From: Chitinophagaceae bacterium
GTDB taxonomy: Bacteria; Bacteroidota; Bacteroidia; Chitinophagales; Chitinophagaceae
Assembly: GCA_025934485.1 (NCBI GenBank)
Contig: JAICXX010000013.1
Location: 1,234-65,233 of the forward strand
Direction: 5' to 3'
Length of the DNA: 64,000 nt
Below, piece after piece: positions 63,299 through 64,000 of this stretch. The notes beneath the pieces were generated by a model, which was not told where the DNA came from, ran no database searches, and saw only the letters and a program-made list of their open reading frames with translations. The translations under genes were made by a program, and so were the position numbers. Each line of letters begins with the position of its first letter. Within the stretch, counting starts at the first letter, position 1.

Positions 63299-64000
63299 TC
63301 AAAGCTCGTCGCGGTGCAGCGGCATGCTCATGCAATGGAAGCCGCCACGGGCGCGGGAAAGCTCGGCCGAAGGCATCAGGATCAGGGTATTCTCGACCTG
63401 GTCCGGTTCGAGAAGGCCTTTTTCCATTTTGTCGATCAACTCACCCGCTGCCGCGACGGTGAAGCCGGCGGCTTTAAAGGCTTCCACGGTCTTGTCATTA
63501 CGATCATAGCCAAGGACCACGCCTTCTTTGAGGGCGAGGAGGTTACATGAATCGGTCCATTGCTCCCGGGCGTCGAACGGGAATTCGTTGTTGCCGGAAT
63601 AGATGAATTTGACCTTTTCGGTGCACTCGAGATCGTTCTTGCTGATATCGGTGAGCAGGTCCTCGAGGCTATCGAAATATTCCGGGTTGTCGGGATCTTT
63701 TTTCCGGAACTGGATGATCTTTAGTTTCTCTTCCTTCTTGTTGTTTTCGAGGATGCGTTGGATCTTGTCCTCGTCCTCGTGTTTGATGGCCTTATTGGAG
63801 AAGGTGCCCAGCAGGATCCAGACATTGCGTTTCACCTGGGTGAAGATGGTGTCGATATGCATGAAATCGCGCTTTTTCGGAATGCGGATGATAGTGACCT
63901 TTTTCATGACATTCTTTTCGAACAGCACCCGGATCGCCTGGTGGGCCGCCTCGGGCGAGGTGCGTTCGCTGACGCCGATGAGCAGATGGTCTTTGCTGAC
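63299..64000 (-). CDS. arginine deiminase-family protein, 5' end beyond the window
   Basis: The frame stays open to base 64000 (…LIGVSERTSPEAAHQAI…FMHIDTIFT…) and ends with the catalytic RGGFHCMSMPL. Confidence 0.75.
   Translation of the reverse strand, partial: VSKDHLLIGVSERTSPEAAHQAIRVLFEKNVMKKVTIIRIPKKRDFMHIDTIFTQVKRNVWILLGTFSNKAIKHEDEDKIQRILENNKKEEKLKIIQFRKKDPDNPEYFDSLEDLLTDISKNDLECTEKVKFIYSGNNEFPFDAREQWTDSCNLLALKEGVVLGYDRNDKTVEAFKAAGFTVAAAGELIDKMEKGLLEPDQVENTLILMPSAELSRARGGFHCMSMPLHRDEL

Noticed and set aside
1-64000. CRISPR arrays, rRNA genes, IS elements, integrons
   Set aside because: I saw no regularly spaced direct repeats, no rRNA-like sequence, no transposase- or integrase-like translation, and no terminal inverted repeats while reading both strands. 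An exhaustive repeat search was not possible by eye.

Overview
64-kb chromosomal segment with the hallmarks of a Bacteroidota genome: three SusC/SusD pairs, lipoprotein signal peptides, an ECF-sigma/FecR/STN-SusC signalling set and a TAnnTTTG-type promoter box. It falls into three blocks. (i) 0.5-13.5 kb is a complete minus-strand sialic-acid utilisation locus (SusC, SusD, Neu5Ac lyase, Kelch mutarotase, MFS, AGE epimerase, sialate O-acetylesterase, sialidase). Several of its genes overlap by 4-11 nt. A divergent GntR/FadR regulator sits upstream with two matching GT-N3-AC boxes in the shared control region. (ii) 13.5-31.9 kb is an accessory stretch. A zone of small orphan genes and gene remnants (13.7-18.9 kb) is followed by a compositionally foreign low-GC block (about 16-31.4 kb). 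Hand counts on 60-nt lines give 32-48% GC inside versus 57-70% outside. The block carries a PIN toxin/antitoxin pair, several frameshifted or truncated genes, and an Rnk(GreA-like)/TM-protein/eRF1-like three-gene operon. These are followed by a co-directional array of extra central-metabolism and redox genes: transaldolase, cupin, FNR-like reductase, AcnA, AhpD-like CMD, Rrf2, DUF4142, cupredoxin, GAPDH. The block ends near a tRNA-Arg(ACG). No integrase, transposase or att duplication was seen. (iii) 32-64 kb is core-like DNA with a second glycan locus that reads as an N-glycopeptide dismantling system. It holds NagB-LmbE, a divergent ECF sigma, FecR, two tandem SusC/SusD pairs, a GH20-GH29 fusion enzyme, two tandem CocE/NonD (S15) peptidases, glycosylasparaginase and CutC. 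After it come pyk-pfkA, DUF72 and a CtlX/arginine-deiminase-like pair. No rRNA or CRISPR was seen. All functional calls come from reading the translations and remembered family motifs. No searches were run.
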